A stretch of DNA of 19,993 bases. Origin: a virus. Taxonomy: Duplodnaviria > Heunggongvirae > Uroviricota > Caudoviricetes. Both the position numbers and the translations under genes were made by a program. The DNA is taken from the IMG/VR virus record IMGVR_UViG_2671180846_000035, one strand, 5' to 3'. The notes beneath the pieces are model-generated. The model was not told where the DNA came from, searched no databases, and worked only from the letters and a program-made list of their open reading frames with translations. Shown one piece after another: positions 8,631 through 17,036 of the stretch. Within the stretch, counting starts at the first letter, position 1. Each line of letters begins with the position of its first letter.

Positions 8631-9676
8631 TGAGCAGAAAAAATAAAAAAGTGCGCATGAGTTCACGCATTGATCTCGCTGATGCGCTCAGGAAAGAATC
8701 ATCGCTCAGTGCATTCACATTTGATGGTCCTTATCGCCTGACCGGGCATGACCTGCTGGACAATATGTACTGTGCTGATAACGGACGGTGGTATGAAACC
8801 CCGGTGGACTGGTACGGTCTGGCAAGAGCAGCCCGGCAAACGTCCTGGCATCAGTCTGCGCTTTACTTTAAGCGCAATGTATTACTCGGTTGCTACATCC
8901 CGCACCCGCTGCTTTCCCGGCAGGATTTCTCGGCGCTGGCGCTGGACTGGTTTGTGTTCGGTAACGCATTCCTTGAGCTTAGAAGCAATATGCTCGGCGA
9001 ACCGCTTAAATTACGGCACGCCCTGGCGAAATACATGCGACGCGGAAGCGATCTTGAATCATGGTGGTATGTGCAGGATGGCAAGGACGCGTTCCAGTTT
9101 CGCCCTGGCAAAGTGTGCCACCTGATGAATCCGGATATTAACCAGGAAATCTACGGCATGCCGGAATATCTTGGCGCATTACTCTCGGCCAGCCTTTCTC
9201 ATTCGGCGGACATGTTCAGAAAACTGTACTACGACAACGGATCCCACGCCGGGTGCATCATCTACATCGGTGCAGCGCAGGTAAACCGCGAAAGCATGGA
9301 CTCCCTGAAAGAAACGTTACAGGGCGCGCGTGGTGGTGGTGCGTTTAAAAACGTACTCATCCATGCGCCCAACGGGGGCAAAGAAGGTGTGCAAATTTTG
9401 CCGTTCCAGCAGATCACTGCAAAGGATGAGTTCATGAATGTTAAGGCGGCATCCCGTGATGATGTGCTGGCTGCGCACCGCGTTCCGCCGCAACTGATGG
9501 GGGCGATGCCGGGCGAAAAAAGTGCGTTTGGTGATGTGGAGAAGGCCGCGCGGGTTTACGCAATTAACGAGCTGATGCCCGTTATGGAGGCCATGAAGCA
9601 CATCAATGACTGGCTTGGCGAAGAGGTGATCCGCTTTAACCCTTACGCACTGCTAGATACCCAGCCCACATCCTGA
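8630..9676 (+). CDS. Q: Portal protein (P2 gpQ family)
   Basis: 348 aa; start overlaps the P stop (TGATG); last gene before the cos-side intergenic region, as in P2. Confidence 0.9.
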   Translation: MSRKNKKVRMSSRIDLADALRKESSLSAFTFDGPYRLTGHDLLDNMYCADNGRWYETPVDWYGLARAARQTSWHQSALYFKRNVLLGCYIPHPLLSRQDFSALALDWFVFGNAFLELRSNMLGEPLKLRHALAKYMRRGSDLESWWYVQDGKDAFQFRPGKVCHLMNPDINQEIYGMPEYLGALLSASLSHSADMFRKLYYDNGSHAGCIIYIGAAQVNRESMDSLKETLQGARGGGAFKNVLIHAPNGGKEGVQILPFQQITAKDEFMNVKAASRDDVLAAHRVPPQLMGAMPGEKSAFGDVEKAARVYAINELMPVMEAMKHINDWLGEEVIRFNPYALLDTQPTS

Positions 9677-9703
9677 CGCGCTTCGCTTGTCTGCTGCTTC
9701 GCC

Positions 9704-9726
9704 GGGGCATAAAAAATTTATGCCCC
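9704..9726. terminator. Stem-loop downstream of Q (GGGGCATAAA-aaa-TTTATGCCCC), candidate terminator
   Basis: Perfect 10-bp inverted repeat about 30 bp after the Q stop. No clean U tract follows on either strand, so intrinsic terminator function is uncertain. Coordinates approximate. Confidence 0.3.
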
Positions 9727-9729
9727 GAC

Positions 9730-10165
9730 TCTCCAGCTCCTGTATCAATCAGATAATTTCACGACGCTTTTCTGCTTATTGTCATCATCGGCGGTCAGAC
9801 TCTTACGCAATCCCACCGCGTTGACTGCATGTTCTCGCCGCCTCAGTGCGATTTTGACGGCCTTATCTGCCACCCATCAAATCAAAAGCCCTCACGTCTT
9901 TTTCACGCTCAGCGTGAGAAATACAGCCATTCTGTTGTGTCGCTGCGACATCGTTCAGGGGATGCTATTTACCCCCTGAAACGCGGGCTGTTCCCCCGTC
10001 ACCTGCGCGCAGAAAAAGCGCGTTTTTTTGTGCACGCACGGATCCTTGACGGATCCAGCCGCCATGCGGGCCGGAAGGGTAAAAAGTCGTTCAAAAAAAT
10101 TGTGCAAACTTGTGCACTATTGTGCAGCAGGGCGATGCGCGATTATCGCCCTGGTTTGAGGGGGA
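9730..10165. other. Non-coding cos-proximal region (expected location of cos/packaging site by P2 synteny)
   Basis: About 490 bp without a credible ORF between Q and the next gene. Contains several palindromes (about 9903-9917, 9954-9980, 10129-10152) and three TGTGCA repeats at 10-bp phasing (about 10101-10126). The P2 19-nt cohesive-end sequence as I remember it was not found. Confidence 0.35.
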
Positions 10166-10756
10166 TCAGGTGTTATTTTTATCTGTCGTCAGTGGGCTAA
10201 ACCATCCACGATTTACATCGCAGGACTGATGCGTTCTGTCCTCGTGTTTCTCCTGCCACAATGCTTTTCCGCCAGCCTTTATGATGGCTCTTTCAACATC
10301 CCGCTCGTATCGCAAGGGCTGAAATACGTCATTAATGAAATATTCGCTTATGTCCGGAAGCGATACTGCAAAATTATTTGTTTGTTGCGCCGTCCTGCTA
10401 TGCAGCAAAGCGGCATACTTTAATGCGTCCTGTGCTTTCTGGAATTTAAGTGCATAGTCAGTGGCGATTTTTTCCAGTTCAGCGATTCGGTTGTCTTTGG
10501 TTTCCAGCCAATCAAGTAGCGCCAATACTTCAGGATCCCCGACATCCAACACTGTTACGCGTGATTTTTCATAATGTTCGTCGGCAAGAGTTCGGCCAAT
10601 TTTGAAATCTCCATCATCACCATAACCGGAGCAGGCATAAACAACCTGTGCTCCAGATATTCGCTGAATTGACATTTCCTCGCCGCAAATAGGGCATTTC
10701 GGTACTGGCACAGGTGAATAACGTTCACGTAATGCCTGATAGTTGATTTCGCTCAT
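10166..10756 (-). CDS. Ead/Ea22-like family protein with N-terminal zinc-ribbon motif
   Basis: 196 aa; CPICGEEM...YACSGYGDDGDF resembles a Cys4 zinc ribbon; the coiled-coil segment LLDWLETKDNRIAELEKIA resembles Ea22-like proteins; AAGGAG Shine-Dalgarno. Confidence 0.5.
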   Translation of the reverse strand: MSEINYQALRERYSPVPVPKCPICGEEMSIQRISGAQVVYACSGYGDDGDFKIGRTLADEHYEKSRVTVLDVGDPEVLALLDWLETKDNRIAELEKIATDYALKFQKAQDALKYAALLHSRTAQQTNNFAVSLPDISEYFINDVFQPLRYERDVERAIIKAGGKALWQEKHEDRTHQSCDVNRGWFSPLTTDKNNT

Positions 10757-10819
10757 TAAGTCGTTCTCCTTGTTTATGTTCTGAGGTGGAGAGCAGGGCG
10801 AACTCGCCCTGATGTTTTG

Positions 10820-11131
10820 TTATTCAGGAAATAACGCCCGGATATTTCCGGCCATCTGACTGGTTATCTGTGCGGTTGATACTGGCTGTGATGCGGGGCG
10901 TTCTGTCCTGGTTTGTGTCACTGATAACGCTTCATCACCAGCCCATGCAGCCAGTCGATAAGCCTCTGCCGGATTCATTTTCAGAAGTGCCAGCCCGGCC
11001 AGAAAAGCCACGCGTTGGCCGCTTTTGCGGGCTTCTGGTGTAAGGCTGTCCAGCCAGGCGCATGCTTCTCCTTCGTTCTTGACGGCGGTGGGCTTCAGAT
11101 AGAAACTTATCCGTCTGGTTGGAGTCGTCAT
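10820..11131 (-). CDS. parR: ParR-like centromere-binding protein (103 aa from the internal ATG)
   Basis: RRISFYLKP...LDSLTPEARKSGQRVAFLAGLALL aligns with my recollection of R1 ParR (RRTIAFKLNP...LDSIPQGERSRLNRAALTAGLAL). The ATG at 11131 has a strong AAGGAG Shine-Dalgarno and sits 4 nt after the parM stop. Confidence 0.65.
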   Translation of the reverse strand: MTTPTRRISFYLKPTAVKNEGEACAWLDSLTPEARKSGQRVAFLAGLALLKMNPAEAYRLAAWAGDEALSVTQTRTERPASQPVSTAQITSQMAGNIRALFPE

Positions 11132-11135
11132 TGGT

Positions 11136-12095
11136 TTACTCCTTGTCCATTGCGTACAGCCCATTAACCAGAGCAAACTGTGGCACCCCGTCCGCGATGA
11201 AAGTCGCATTAACTCCGCAGGCTTCGCGGATAGCGGGTGCCACAATCTCCGCCCCTCCACCGACAACCATCACCCGCCCGTAACCCGAAAAACCCGCCAG
11301 CGCGCGGATCACGCGTTGTTTCAGTGTTTCTTCCTTTTCACGAATAACCGCCATCAGGCTGGCGTAATGCGCGTCATTGTGGATGTGCTGGCGCAGCCAG
11401 GCTTCATCATGGCGATGTTCGATAATGGTATTGGCGATGTGGTGACTGGTGCGCATACCGTTAGTGGCCATCACCGACAGTACGGCATCGGCCATCAGAG
11501 AAACGCCCACGTGTGGATCGCAAAACACCTGGCTGATACCTGCCAGTTGCCCCTGAACCTTTGCCACATCCAGAGTGGTTCCGCCCAAATCCACAATCAG
11601 CAGGGATTCAAACGGACTCATGTCAGCCAGTGCCTTAAAGCCAGCCGGAATGGATTCAGGCATAACCCGTACGTTACGGATAGTGAATGCTTCGCCGTTC
11701 TGGTACTCCACCGGGCGCATGACGTTCGCTTTTTTGCGGTTGATGTTGGCCATGTCCGGCTGTGCGTTTGTATCGAAATACTCGCTCAGTGGCAGGGTGA
11801 CAACCACATCCACTTCCTGTGGTGTGATGCCTGATTTGACCAGCGCGTGATGAATGGCAATTATATTCACATCGCTGTACTGGTATTGCGTGTCGGTCGT
11901 CTGGACAAAGCGATCGCTGACCGGATCAAAACCATAGCGCACGCCATCAAGCATGTAGTTCGCGGGCTGCGTGCCACCGAACGGCGCAGACCATTCCGAC
12001 TTGAAGCTGTTCGGGCTGATGGCGTTGCGGCGTTCGCCGTTCTCAGTCCATGCCAGCTTGATGTTGGTGGAGCCGTCGTCGATACAAATTTTCAT
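11136..12095 (-). CDS. parM: ParM/StbA-like actin-type segregation ATPase
   Basis: 319 aa. Motifs IDDGSTNIKLAW, ISPNSFK, YQYSDVNIIAIHHAL, VMPESIPAGF, LIVDLGGTTLDV, GVSL, FSGY..VMVVGGGAE and LVNGLY are collinear with plasmid R1 ParM as I remember it. Confidence 0.85.
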   Translation of the reverse strand: MKICIDDGSTNIKLAWTENGERRNAISPNSFKSEWSAPFGGTQPANYMLDGVRYGFDPVSDRFVQTTDTQYQYSDVNIIAIHHALVKSGITPQEVDVVVTLPLSEYFDTNAQPDMANINRKKANVMRPVEYQNGEAFTIRNVRVMPESIPAGFKALADMSPFESLLIVDLGGTTLDVAKVQGQLAGISQVFCDPHVGVSLMADAVLSVMATNGMRTSHHIANTIIEHRHDEAWLRQHIHNDAHYASLMAVIREKEETLKQRVIRALAGFSGYGRVMVVGGGAEIVAPAIREACGVNATFIADGVPQFALVNGLYAMDKE

Positions 12096-12099
12096 GTCG

Positions 12100-12230
12100 C
12101 TTTTCCTTGTGTTGATTAATTAATCGGTTACAGGATTTTTAAATCCCGCTTTTGCCTGTTTTGTGCGCGCTTCATATATCGCGGCACGTTTTTTGCTCAT
12201 TTACGGGATTTGTGAGTCCCGTTTCTGTCT
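12100..12230. promoter_or_regulatory. Candidate parMR promoter/centromere-like region (paired imperfect palindromes)
   Basis: Two related 18-bp dyads, cAGGATTTttAAATCCcg (about 12131-12148) and CGGGAtttgtgagTCCCG (about 12204-12221), plus repeated TTTTGCCTGTTTT-like T-rich motifs upstream of parM; partly inside the 3' end of A. Confidence 0.3.
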
Positions 12231-15012
12231 GTTTTTTGTTTCCACTGGTCAGGCTACCCCGCAGCAGGTCTGCTTTGCGGTGGGCGCGTTCAGTGGTTTC
12301 ACTGATTCTCTGTGCGTGCACTGCGTCACGGATGGCGCGCAGCATGTCAGAAAGCACGGTAACGGGGGTTTTCATGGTGTTCTGGTCCTGCTGAAGTGTG
12401 GATGCCAGGTGTGCGGCGGCTTCGGGGTCTGATGCCCCCAGCTGTTCCAGATAGCTGGCGACCGGGTTATGGCGGATCTCCGTGCTGCTTACGCCGTGAT
12501 TACGGCTCAGGCGCTGCCAGAGTTGCGTGATTCGGCTGTCCGGGCGGGTATCTGGTTTGCGTACAATTTCAAATCCCTGCGGTGCAATGATGCTGCCGTC
12601 AACGTACAGACTGCCGCCCCGTAACAGGTGCTGCATCTGCTGTTCACCGATATGCAGGCCGAGAGATTCAGCAGACTCCCGCCATTCTTTAGCGAGTAAC
12701 TCGTGATTATCAGGCAAAGGCCGTGGCTGTTTGCGGCTCTGTGTCCAGTTCTGCATTTCATCACTGCTGTTTTTTGCCTGTTTGTCACGCAGCGAACGCA
12801 TCAGCGCCCGGCGTTCGTGCCGTTTCAGTGAGCGCATCCATTCATTCACGTCAACGCCGTCAGGAAGCTGCGGCCACGGTGCTGGCCTTTCTTCCGGCTG
12901 TTCTGTCCCGTTGTTGTCCGTTTCCTGTACACGGGGACAGTTATTGCCACGAGTCCAAGGGGCGGCAGGGCCGCCCTGAAGGTCAAAACCATTTTCGCGG
13001 GTGCTGTCTTCCGCTTCCGGTTTACGTCTTACCAGCTTCCAGTTATCCGGGTGCGTGCACACACGGGAGGATTCCCCGATGAGTGGTGACCAGATCCCGT
13101 AAATCTGTACGCTCTGTTCGCCGTAATCGTTCAGCTCATCTGCGAGGTCGTAGGCGGTGCGAATCAGGTAGTCTTTGCGTGGAACAAGTACGCCGCCCTG
13201 TTTCTCAATGTAGGTGGCAAAACACCCGGCATCAGCGGCAGCGAGTACCGCATCCATTGCATCATCCTTCAGCCGTTGTGGGCCTTCCGGGTTGCGTGCC
13301 ATCTGGCTGGCAAGGCGGCGGAGTTCACGCCATACCTGACGGGAGGGGATGCCAAAGAACTGGAACTGGCGGACCCGGTGAAGGCGTGCCCAGCCGATGG
13401 CGCGTTCCACGCTCTCGGCCATTGATTTTCCGGTTTCGTGGTCAACGCGTGGCTTGCCCGTTTTCGGGTCGATGCCATCCACGGCGCGGCTGTCCAGGTT
13501 CTTTCCGATGTAGGTGGCGATGTAGCTGGTTGGCGTGCCTTTTGAGCCGTCGACATACTCCACCTTAAAGCGCGGAGTAATATCATTGCCCAGCTCGTGG
13601 CGGTCTTCCTGAATGGCAATATCGCGGGTGTGGGACACAATGGTGTCGATTTCTTCCGGATGAGCAAAGACCATCATATGCCAGTGCACGGTGCCGTCAT
13701 GGTGAGGCTCCACCGTGCGGATGCCATACCAGCGCAGGCCGTCGCGGTTCAGTTTCTTGCGGACCGCCGCAAAAAACGTGTTAACCAGGTAATCGCTGGA
13801 GTCGCGCATGGTGGCCCCGTTCCATTTGGGATTCGGATGACCGTTCTCTGTTGTGGCGTGGTATTTTGACGGGCAGGTGACAGTCAGAAACACCGCTCTG
13901 TCGCCACGGGCTTCGGCCAGAAGTTCCAGCCCCTTCATGGTGGCCATCATTTCTGCCTTACGGTGAATCGGGTTACTTACTCCCGCGTAATACACTGTCT
14001 CGAGATCAATCGTGAACCCGTCTTCGTTTTCCAGCATGAAACTTTTCAGGAAATCGCGTGTTTTCTCGCGCTGTGCGCGAAACTCGCTTAACGCGTCCTG
14101 GCTCAGATAGGGTGATGTTTTTCTGGAAACCAGACAGGCGGCGCGGAGTTGTTCTTCTCTCCACTCGCAACGTAACAGCCACAGTTTGCGTTTCCACCAT
14201 TCCGCACAGGTCAGGCGAAGGATTGCGCCCGGCAGCAGCTCCGTGTCCGGTTCATTCCTCCGGTCTTTGTCTGTTGTCAGAGCGTCATAATGTGGAGGCA
14301 TAGCGTGCAGGTGTAACGCCATGCGGGCCAGCATCTGATACGCCTTCAGCGTTACATCCATGGTCAGCTCGCCATCGGTCGCGCCAAAGCCATCGCAGAG
14401 TTTTTCAAAAGTGCCACTGAACATCGCCGCCGTCATGGTGGCCAGCGTCTGTATCTGGTGTTTGTTGAGCTGCGGCAGGTAAAGCAAATCGTCCAGGCGT
14501 TCGCGTCCGGCAAGGGAGCGATAGCCCGGTGTCAGCCAGCGGCTGTCGGTGCGGTCCAGACGTTCGAATATTTTGCGCAGGGTTCCGCGCGCGTAGCGTT
14601 CAGCCTGCCAGCTCTTTTTGCCTTTCTGACGATCGGCTTCCTGCTTCTTGCGCAGAAAAGAGAGGTGGCGGCTCAGAGGTTCACGCAGATAAACGGGAAG
14701 CACCTTCAGTGTGGCAAAAGCACGGGCCACCGGGTCTTGTTCTGTTGCCTGACGCTTGCTGATGATGCTTTGTGCCAGCTTTTCACGCTGTCCGGCTTCC
14801 TCAAGGGATGCCATGAGTTTTTTACCCACGGTGGATTGTGCGAAAAAGGCTTCTTCCTTCGCTTCCTGTTCTTCCTGTGCCCTTTTGTTTGCCTCAAGGT
14901 AGTAACGGATGGCGCGTTGCAGGTCGGTTTCAGTTTCCTGCCTGCGCTCCGTAAATCTGGCCGGATCAATGGCTGGCCGTGGTTCATTCCAGCTCCATGC
15001 AAACGCACTCAT
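12172..15012 (-). CDS. A: Replication initiation endonuclease (P2 gpA family, rolling-circle HUH type)
   Basis: AWSWNEPR near the N-terminus, VEPHHDGTVHWHMMVFAHP (HUH motif) and YIATYIGKNLD (catalytic Tyr region) match P2 A. ATG at 15012 overlaps the upstream gene stop (ATGA); the track ORF extends to 15039. Confidence 0.9.
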   Translation of the reverse strand: MSAFAWSWNEPRPAIDPARFTERRQETETDLQRAIRYYLEANKRAQEEQEAKEEAFFAQSTVGKKLMASLEEAGQREKLAQSIISKRQATEQDPVARAFATLKVLPVYLREPLSRHLSFLRKKQEADRQKGKKSWQAERYARGTLRKIFERLDRTDSRWLTPGYRSLAGRERLDDLLYLPQLNKHQIQTLATMTAAMFSGTFEKLCDGFGATDGELTMDVTLKAYQMLARMALHLHAMPPHYDALTTDKDRRNEPDTELLPGAILRLTCAEWWKRKLWLLRCEWREEQLRAACLVSRKTSPYLSQDALSEFRAQREKTRDFLKSFMLENEDGFTIDLETVYYAGVSNPIHRKAEMMATMKGLELLAEARGDRAVFLTVTCPSKYHATTENGHPNPKWNGATMRDSSDYLVNTFFAAVRKKLNRDGLRWYGIRTVEPHHDGTVHWHMMVFAHPEEIDTIVSHTRDIAIQEDRHELGNDITPRFKVEYVDGSKGTPTSYIATYIGKNLDSRAVDGIDPKTGKPRVDHETGKSMAESVERAIGWARLHRVRQFQFFGIPSRQVWRELRRLASQMARNPEGPQRLKDDAMDAVLAAADAGCFATYIEKQGGVLVPRKDYLIRTAYDLADELNDYGEQSVQIYGIWSPLIGESSRVCTHPDNWKLVRRKPEAEDSTRENGFDLQGGPAAPWTRGNNCPRVQETDNNGTEQPEERPAPWPQLPDGVDVNEWMRSLKRHERRALMRSLRDKQAKNSSDEMQNWTQSRKQPRPLPDNHELLAKEWRESAESLGLHIGEQQMQHLLRGGSLYVDGSIIAPQGFEIVRKPDTRPDSRITQLWQRLSRNHGVSSTEIRHNPVASYLEQLGASDPEAAAHLASTLQQDQNTMKTPVTVLSDMLRAIRDAVHAQRISETTERAHRKADLLRGSLTSGNKKQTETGLTNPVNEQKTCRDI

Positions 15013-15398
15013 GGCTGGTATCCCGTCACGCGCTGCCACTCCTGTGAGAAGAGGGCGGAAAGGCGGTTAAATTCAGCGGAGTATTCACTCAGCGAGGCAC
15101 ACCCGCCAGCAGTGCGATGCGCCAGCATTGCCGCAAATATGGAGGCCGGGGAGTCGTAATACGCCAGCAGTGATTCGCCGTGTGGTGTCAGGCAGTGCAA
15201 CGCCAGCCCGTGTGGTGTGAAGTCCACGCGGTAGCAGTCGTCTACTGTGAAATAAAGGGTGTCTGCATTCTCCGGTTTTGTGGTGCGTGCTCTGTTGTCA
15301 CGACCACGGATGTAGAGATCAAATAATCCCTGAAGAACGGGAGCCAGACGGGTGTCCTGTGTGCGCACCCATCTTGTGAAGTCATGAGCGTCAATCAT
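15009..15398 (-). CDS. Hypothetical early-operon protein (129 aa)
   Basis: ORF with the right orientation, immediately upstream of A and translationally coupled to it; no family recognised. Confidence 0.5.
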   Translation of the reverse strand: MIDAHDFTRWVRTQDTRLAPVLQGLFDLYIRGRDNRARTTKPENADTLYFTVDDCYRVDFTPHGLALHCLTPHGESLLAYYDSPASIFAAMLAHRTAGGCASLSEYSAEFNRLSALFSQEWQRVTGYQP

Positions 15399-15506
15399 GC
15401 TGCAATTCTCTTTACTACAGATGTGCGAAGGCTTCCTGCCAAAAAACTCAGAAGCGGTCGGTTACAGGAATTGACGTTCTACGAGTAGTTATTGCTGGCT
15501 TGAGGT

Positions 15507-15725
15507 TCATTTCTGTTTAATTCCGTGCATGCTGTAGAAGAAATCAAAAGTGTTATCTATGCGTATCATGAGCTCACGCTGCATCGCTTCTGGTGTTTCT
15601 GGTTCGCCTGGTGAGCCAACTCCCGCGAAGAAATCACCGATCTCGCTTTGAATAAGTGCCTTTAGCGTTGCTGAGGAACTCAGGTGTGTTCGGTGATGTC
15701 TGCGAGTGATTCTTCTCCTACTCAT
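15507..15725 (-). CDS. Hypothetical early-operon protein (72 aa)
   Basis: ORF whose ATG overlaps the stop of the upstream gene (ATGA); no family recognised. Confidence 0.4.
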   Translation of the reverse strand: MSRRRITRRHHRTHLSSSATLKALIQSEIGDFFAGVGSPGEPETPEAMQRELMIRIDNTFDFFYSMHGIKQK

Positions 15726-15925
15726 TTGCGTGGATCCTGTACCTGTCGGATAAGATTCACCCGCGCCACATTAGTGGCGCAAAAGTAAGTGCCGTCAGTG
15801 AGATAGATGTGGTGTGCATCCTTTTCTGAGCGGTGTTTGTCGATTGTGGTAATCAGACGTTCGTCGACTTCGTATTCACGTCCTCTGGAGGTGAAACGAA
15901 CGACAGGAAAATGCTTAATTGCCAT
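15722..15925 (-). CDS. Hypothetical early-operon protein (67 aa from the internal ATG)
   Basis: Strong AAGGAGG Shine-Dalgarno 5 nt before the ATG at 15925 (MAIKHFPVVRF...); the longer track ORF start at 15976 lacks one. Confidence 0.5.
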   Translation of the reverse strand: MAIKHFPVVRFTSRGREYEVDERLITTIDKHRSEKDAHHIYLTDGTYFCATNVARVNLIRQVQDPRK

Positions 15926-16011
15926 TACGCCTCCTTGGTGTGTGTGAATACCTCTGCGAATGCAGATTGTGTTCACATTTTTTTATTTAAGCTGGGGTTT
16001 TATTTATGCGG

Positions 16012-16125
16012 TTATTCGCCAGTGAAAAAGCGTTCAATCTTTTTTACTGAATTAATAATTCGCATAATACCAATTGCACAAACCACCGAAATAATAAGAA
16101 CAATCCAGGATATAAATATACTCAT
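16012..16125 (-). CDS. Small hydrophobic peptide, 37 aa, single predicted TM (MSIFISWIVLIISVVCAIGIMRIINSVKKIERFFTGE)
   Basis: Not in the ORF track (below its size cut-off). The ATG overlaps the stop of the upstream 80-aa gene (ATGA), same strand as the operon, and the reading frame ends in TAA. Confidence 0.4.
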   Translation of the reverse strand: MSIFISWIVLIISVVCAIGIMRIINSVKKIERFFTGE

Positions 16126-16364
16126 GCGATATTTCCCAGTTTGTACGGCTCAATATGCTCCCCGCATTCTGCGGCGCAGATAAGCTCAGAAAGTTCATTA
16201 AGTGCATCCAGATCGTCAGCGTAAAAAGCTACGTCATACAGACTCCGGATAGCCCTGGTCAATGAGTCACGGGCTGCACGTTCTGAATGAGCGCCGGATG
16301 CGCTTAAACGAAAATAAAAACGCTCAAGTGCTTTGTTGATGAGAGTTTTATATTCTTTATCCAT
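16122..16364 (-). CDS. Hypothetical early-operon protein (80 aa)
   Basis: ORF in operon orientation; acidic C-terminal half; no family recognised. Confidence 0.5.
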   Translation of the reverse strand: MDKEYKTLINKALERFYFRLSASGAHSERAARDSLTRAIRSLYDVAFYADDLDALNELSELICAAECGEHIEPYKLGNIA

Positions 16365-16375
16365 CGCAACACCCT

Positions 16376-16654
16376 TTAATCTGCTTTCTGAATTTCAGCT
16401 TCTGAATCCATGCAGATAATCTCGATATAGGGTTCATCGCCATTAACCTGACGAGATTTTTCGGCTTCGCTAATTATTTCGCGAATGATCTGGTACGGAA
16501 GCTCTACAGTCAGGCGTGTACCGTTCAGATAAACGTAGGTAGCTGCGTTTTTTTCAGATGGAACTACTCCGTCAATAGCTGATGCGCGTAATAACAGTTC
16601 ACCGCGAAAATCAATAAAGCGGATAAATACACCTTGTGCATGGTCTTTAGTCAT
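16376..16654 (-). CDS. Hypothetical early-operon protein (92 aa)
   Basis: ORF in operon orientation; no family recognised. Confidence 0.5.
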   Translation of the reverse strand: MTKDHAQGVFIRFIDFRGELLLRASAIDGVVPSEKNAATYVYLNGTRLTVELPYQIIREIISEAEKSRQVNGDEPYIEIICMDSEAEIQKAD

Positions 16655-16664
16655 AAAGCACCTG

Positions 16665-17015
16665 TTATAAAGCAGCCTGTTTAATAAAACTTTGCCCGCG
16701 AAGCAGACGATCGACTGTGCGTAGTGCTTCGTACAATGTGAAATCCTGCCCGAACTGATTATCGCCGCTGCTTAATGCAAAAATGCGGTTTCCGGTAAAC
16801 GGATTGTGTGGGCATCTGTGAACCACGATTCCAGCTTTCTCAATCAGCCAGGTGTGTTCGCCGATTTGTTTTACAGCGTGCCCATCTGGTGTTGCGTGCG
16901 TCTCGTTCAGGTTATAGCGGCTGTTACTACGTGATGCACTGGTAGCGACGTGGTGTACATGGCGTTCTACGCCATTACGAAATTTGGAGTATGGATTATT
17001 AGTGTTTTTTTTCAT
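16665..17015 (-). CDS. Hypothetical early-operon protein (116 aa)
   Basis: ORF in operon orientation; no family recognised. Confidence 0.5.
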   Translation of the reverse strand: MKKNTNNPYSKFRNGVERHVHHVATSASRSNSRYNLNETHATPDGHAVKQIGEHTWLIEKAGIVVHRCPHNPFTGNRIFALSSGDNQFGQDFTLYEALRTVDRLLRGQSFIKQAAL

Positions 17016-17036
17016 GATGATGCTCTGTTCATTGTT

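Noticed and set aside
9700-10165. Exact P2 cohesive-end sequence (GGCGAGGCGGGGAAAGCAC as recalled)
   Set aside because: Not found on either strand by eye; only weak partial resemblance near 9983-10000. cos is therefore reported as a candidate region, not a site.
9779-10200. 66-aa and 123-aa plus-strand ORFs in the cos-proximal region
   Set aside because: No ribosome-binding sites; they run through palindromic repeats; the region is more plausibly non-coding packaging/regulatory DNA.
11316-11834. 172-aa plus-strand ORF (also 11575..11850 and 11847..12119)
   Set aside because: Antisense to parM, which is supported by collinear ParM motifs.
14458-15159. 233-aa plus-strand ORF (and other plus-strand ORFs across 12152-14303)
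   Set aside because: All lie antisense within the A gene, whose HUH and Tyr motifs establish the coding strand.
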